The position numbers and the translations under genes were made by a program. Positions 56,445 through 58,993 of a DNA stretch of 58,993 bases are shown piece after piece. This stretch comes from Chloroflexota bacterium (lineage in GTDB: Bacteria > Chloroflexota > Dehalococcoidia > JACPPY01). Each line of letters begins with the position of its first letter. The stretch's first letter is position 1. The DNA lies in NCBI GenBank assembly GCA_016190755.1, contig JACPPY010000076.1, positions 1 through 58,993 on the forward strand. The letters run 5' to 3'. The notes below the pieces were generated by a model, which ran no database searches, was not told where the DNA came from, and saw only the letters and a list, made by a program, of their open reading frames with translations.

Positions 56445-57080
56445 ATGGTGGAGCTATCGCAAAAACGGCGCCAAATACTGAACTTTATTCGCGGCTTTGC
56501 CGAAGAACACGGCTATCCTCCCACCGTACGTGATATACAAAACGGATGTCACATTTCATCTACCTCCGTGGTCGACCATCACCTGCGCGTGCTGGAGCGC
56601 GACGGGCTTCTGCGGAGGGATGGCAAGACATCGCGCGGCTTGGAGTTAATCGGTGCTCCACCGCTGAAAAACACTATCCTCGTGCCCATGGCCGGCAACA
56701 TTGCGGCTGGCCAACCGATTCCTGTACCGCAGCCCGACGCCTGGGACACAGTCTCCGGCGGGGAGACCCTGGAACTGCCCGCAGAAATAATCCGCGGCCG
56801 CAAGAACGTATATGCGCTTCGCGTCAAGGGTCAATCCATGGTAGATGCCCTGATAAATGACGGTGACATCGTGCTCATGCAGCAGGTGCCCGCGGTCGAT
56901 GATGGAGATATGGCGGCCGTATGGCTGAAACAAGAGAAAGCAGTCACGCTGAAGAAACTTTACCGCGACAAGGACCGCCTGAGGCTGGAACCAGCAAACA
57001 CCCTCATGAAGCCAATCTACGTATCGCCTGAGAACACTGAGGTACAGGGCAAAGTAGTGGCGGTGATCAGGACATACTAG
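56445..57080 (+). CDS. lexA: LexA repressor
   Basis: GYPPTVRDI, STSVV, IAAGQP cleavage site, VKGQSM catalytic Ser and TLKK catalytic Lys; GGAGG RBS favours ATG 56445. Confidence 0.97.
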   Translation: MVELSQKRRQILNFIRGFAEEHGYPPTVRDIQNGCHISSTSVVDHHLRVLERDGLLRRDGKTSRGLELIGAPPLKNTILVPMAGNIAAGQPIPVPQPDAWDTVSGGETLELPAEIIRGRKNVYALRVKGQSMVDALINDGDIVLMQQVPAVDDGDMAAVWLKQEKAVTLKKLYRDKDRLRLEPANTLMKPIYVSPENTEVQGKVVAVIRTY

Positions 57081-57207
57081 AAGATCGATCTACTGTGAAG
57101 CCGGGCATACTGCCATTGTCGGCCTGTTCTGACTGCGGCATGGTGACGATCGGCAATCAGGAGTGTACAATGCACGGTGATAGCGACGATCATGTTGGAG
57201 TACTACT

Positions 57208-57771
57208 GTGGGATACTCATTTCTGCCGGAATTCCAGAGCGTCGGCGCAGAGCTTCGCCATGATAGGCTCGTCACTGCCTGCGGTGGCAACCTGAGCATG
57301 AGGCTCGGCAATCGTATGCTCATCACGCGGCATGGCTGCTCCCTGGGTCGTCTGACGAATAACGAGCTCGTCGAGACCGGATACGAGCCCGAAGACTCGG
57401 CCGACATCCGGGCATCAATGGAGCTTCCCGTGCATCGCGCTATCTACCACCACACCACCGCTCTGGCTATCGTGCACGCTCATGCCCCTCATGCCATCGC
57501 CGTTTCAATGAAGGCACAAGACATACGCCCGTTGGATGTTGAGGGTTCCGTCCTATTGGGCATAGTGCCTGTGCTTGGTCAGAGGGAAGAGATCGGCCCC
57601 GGCCACGGCGCCGAGCATATCGCTCGTGCATTGCAGGATAAACACGTGGTTATGGTGCGGGCCCACGGATGCTTCGCTGTGGGAAGAGACCTTGAAGAGG
57701 CACACGGCTACGTTTCCACACTCGAGGAAAGCTGCCGAATCCTGTGCCTGCTGCGGTCAATGGGGCAATAA
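57208..57771 (+). CDS. Class II aldolase/adducin family protein
   Basis: GGNLSMR, ASMELPVH, IVHAH and AHG zinc ligands. Confidence 0.9.
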   Translation: MGYSFLPEFQSVGAELRHDRLVTACGGNLSMRLGNRMLITRHGCSLGRLTNNELVETGYEPEDSADIRASMELPVHRAIYHHTTALAIVHAHAPHAIAVSMKAQDIRPLDVEGSVLLGIVPVLGQREEIGPGHGAEHIARALQDKHVVMVRAHGCFAVGRDLEEAHGYVSTLEESCRILCLLRSMGQ

Positions 57772-57793
57772 CGGACCAGCCAGGCAGAGGGCT

Positions 57794-58747
57794 TTATCTG
57801 CCCTTATTGACCTTGACCTCTGCTCCCAGTCCAGAGCGTACGGGCGTGCACCAGTGCTTGTACTTCGGGCTGCGTCCGTAGATGGCGTCGAAATACAGCT
57901 TCTGGAGCTGCCTGGTTACCTTACCGACAGAGCCATCGCCGATCCTGTAGTTGTCCACCTCTACGACCGATGTAAGGTGCGCGGCCGTACCGGTGAGGAA
58001 ACACTCGTCTGCCGTGAGCAATTCGCCGCGGCGGAAGTGCCGCTCCACCGTTTCTAGTCCCATCTCGTTGCGGGCAATTTGAATTACGCAGTCTCGGGTA
58101 ATGCCCATCAGTATGCTGTCGTATACCGGCGGCGTTATGAGTTGATTACGCCTGAGGATAAAGACGTTCTCACCGCTGCCTTCTGAGATGAATCCATCGC
58201 GCGTCTCGATGATAGACTCGTCGAAGCCCTTGTGGAAGGCATCGGTGCGGGCAAGCGCTGAGTTGACGTAGAAGCCGGTTATCTTGGCTCCCGGGGGCAC
58301 CTGGGTGTCGTCCGGCCGGCGCCACGAAGATATACAGCAGCGTGCTCCCTTGTCAGGATCCAGGTATGGGCCCCAGGGTATGATGAATATGGCTACTTCT
58401 ACTTCTACCTGATGCAGGCGGACCCAAAGCGCCTCAGACGCTGTATAGATAATAGGCCGGACATACTGGTCTTCCTTCAGGTCTTCCTTCTGAGCTAGCT
58501 CGATGGTAATGCGGGTGAGTTCTTCCGCCGTATAGGGCACATTGAACCTCAGCAGCTTGGCGTTGTTCAGCAGCCTCTGGTAATGCTCCTGGACACGAAA
58601 GAGGTATACCTGATGCTCCTCTTTGTTCCAGTTGCCACGTATGCCTTCAAATACGGCCGTGCCGTAATGGAAGGCATGGGTCATGACACTCAGGTTGGCC
58701 TGAGAGAACGGAACAAGATTCTTTTTAAAGTAGGCGTAAGCGGGCAT
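57794..58747 (-). CDS. ilvE: Branched-chain amino acid aminotransferase
   Basis: HYGTAVFEGIR, AKITG.Y, EGSGEN, GITR and FLTGTAA (class IV PLP enzyme). Confidence 0.95.
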   Translation of the reverse strand: MPAYAYFKKNLVPFSQANLSVMTHAFHYGTAVFEGIRGNWNKEEHQVYLFRVQEHYQRLLNNAKLLRFNVPYTAEELTRITIELAQKEDLKEDQYVRPIIYTASEALWVRLHQVEVEVAIFIIPWGPYLDPDKGARCCISSWRRPDDTQVPPGAKITGFYVNSALARTDAFHKGFDESIIETRDGFISEGSGENVFILRRNQLITPPVYDSILMGITRDCVIQIARNEMGLETVERHFRRGELLTADECFLTGTAAHLTSVVEVDNYRIGDGSVGKVTRQLQKLYFDAIYGRSPKYKHWCTPVRSGLGAEVKVNKGR

Positions 58748-58820
58748 CGCGCCTCTCCTCTATCTTTCTCTCCCGTGGGCCAACGGCAAGCGCTTTCCCA
58801 TAGGAGTGGCGATGCGCGTC

Positions 58821-58849
58821 ATTATATCTCAACGAAGTGTCCCTGACAA
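58821..58849 (-). promoter_or_regulatory. Sigma70 promoter of ilvE
   Basis: TTGTCA-N17-TATAAT on the minus strand. Confidence 0.75.
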
Positions 58850-58868
58850 CGCTGGCCAGGGCAAGAGC

Positions 58869-58973
58869 TTCCCGCGAAACGCGCAAAACTGCAAAGCACC
58901 AGATACGAAAGGTCTTGACCGGGGCAGTTCCACAGATACGGACTGATTCACCGACTACCGCGTTTCGCGGGAA
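58869..58973. repeat. 105-bp element bounded by perfect 15-bp inverted repeats
   Basis: TTCCCGCGAAACGCG (58869-58883) and CGCGTTTCGCGGGAA (58959-58973). Confidence 0.7.
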
Positions 58974-58993
58974 ATTCCATGGGGTAATTATTC

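Noticed and set aside
1-58993. CRISPR arrays, rRNA/tRNA genes, transposases, prophage, Sec/Pyl recoding
   Set aside because: I saw no repeat-spacer arrays, cloverleafs, mobile-element or phage ORFs, and no in-frame TGA/TAG interrupting a conserved domain. Reading by eye could miss weak cases.

Overview
Chromosomal segment of a moderately GC-rich, probably monoderm bacterium, most likely Chloroflexota/Dehalococcoidia. This assignment is inferred from an AGAAC-N4-GTTCT SOS box at lexA, an aroK-aroB fusion, archaeal-type ThyA and a secretin-less type IV pilus cluster. About 47 CDS are supported: housekeeping genes (ftsH, dcd, thyA, lepA, recD2, alaS-ruvX-aroE-DUF2007-aroC-aroKB, hppA, lexA, ilvE), a type IV pilus locus, two MFS transporters, two PrsW proteases, two nitroreductases, a truncated multiheme cytochrome and several surface lipoproteins. 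I found no rRNA, tRNA, CRISPR array, transposase, integrase or prophage. Most notable: (1) a 1389-aa lipoprotein thioester protein that resembles animal TEP/CD109/complement proteins (GCGEQ plus a His 114 residues downstream); a lipoprotein serpin, two PrsW proteases and shared ECF-sigma-like promoters suggest a surface protease-trap regulon; (2) a cytoplasmic rod protein with 20 uninterrupted 28-residue repeats, divergent from a double-transglutaminase/TPR/HTH protein; (3) a candidate unannotated ~150-nt structured RNA with its own promoter upstream of alaS; (4) a ~110-aa insertion in AlaRS; (5) several structured intergenic elements. Two small indels (cytochrome 3' end, serpin) may be sequencing errors. 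All calls come from motif recognition by eye; no database searches were run.
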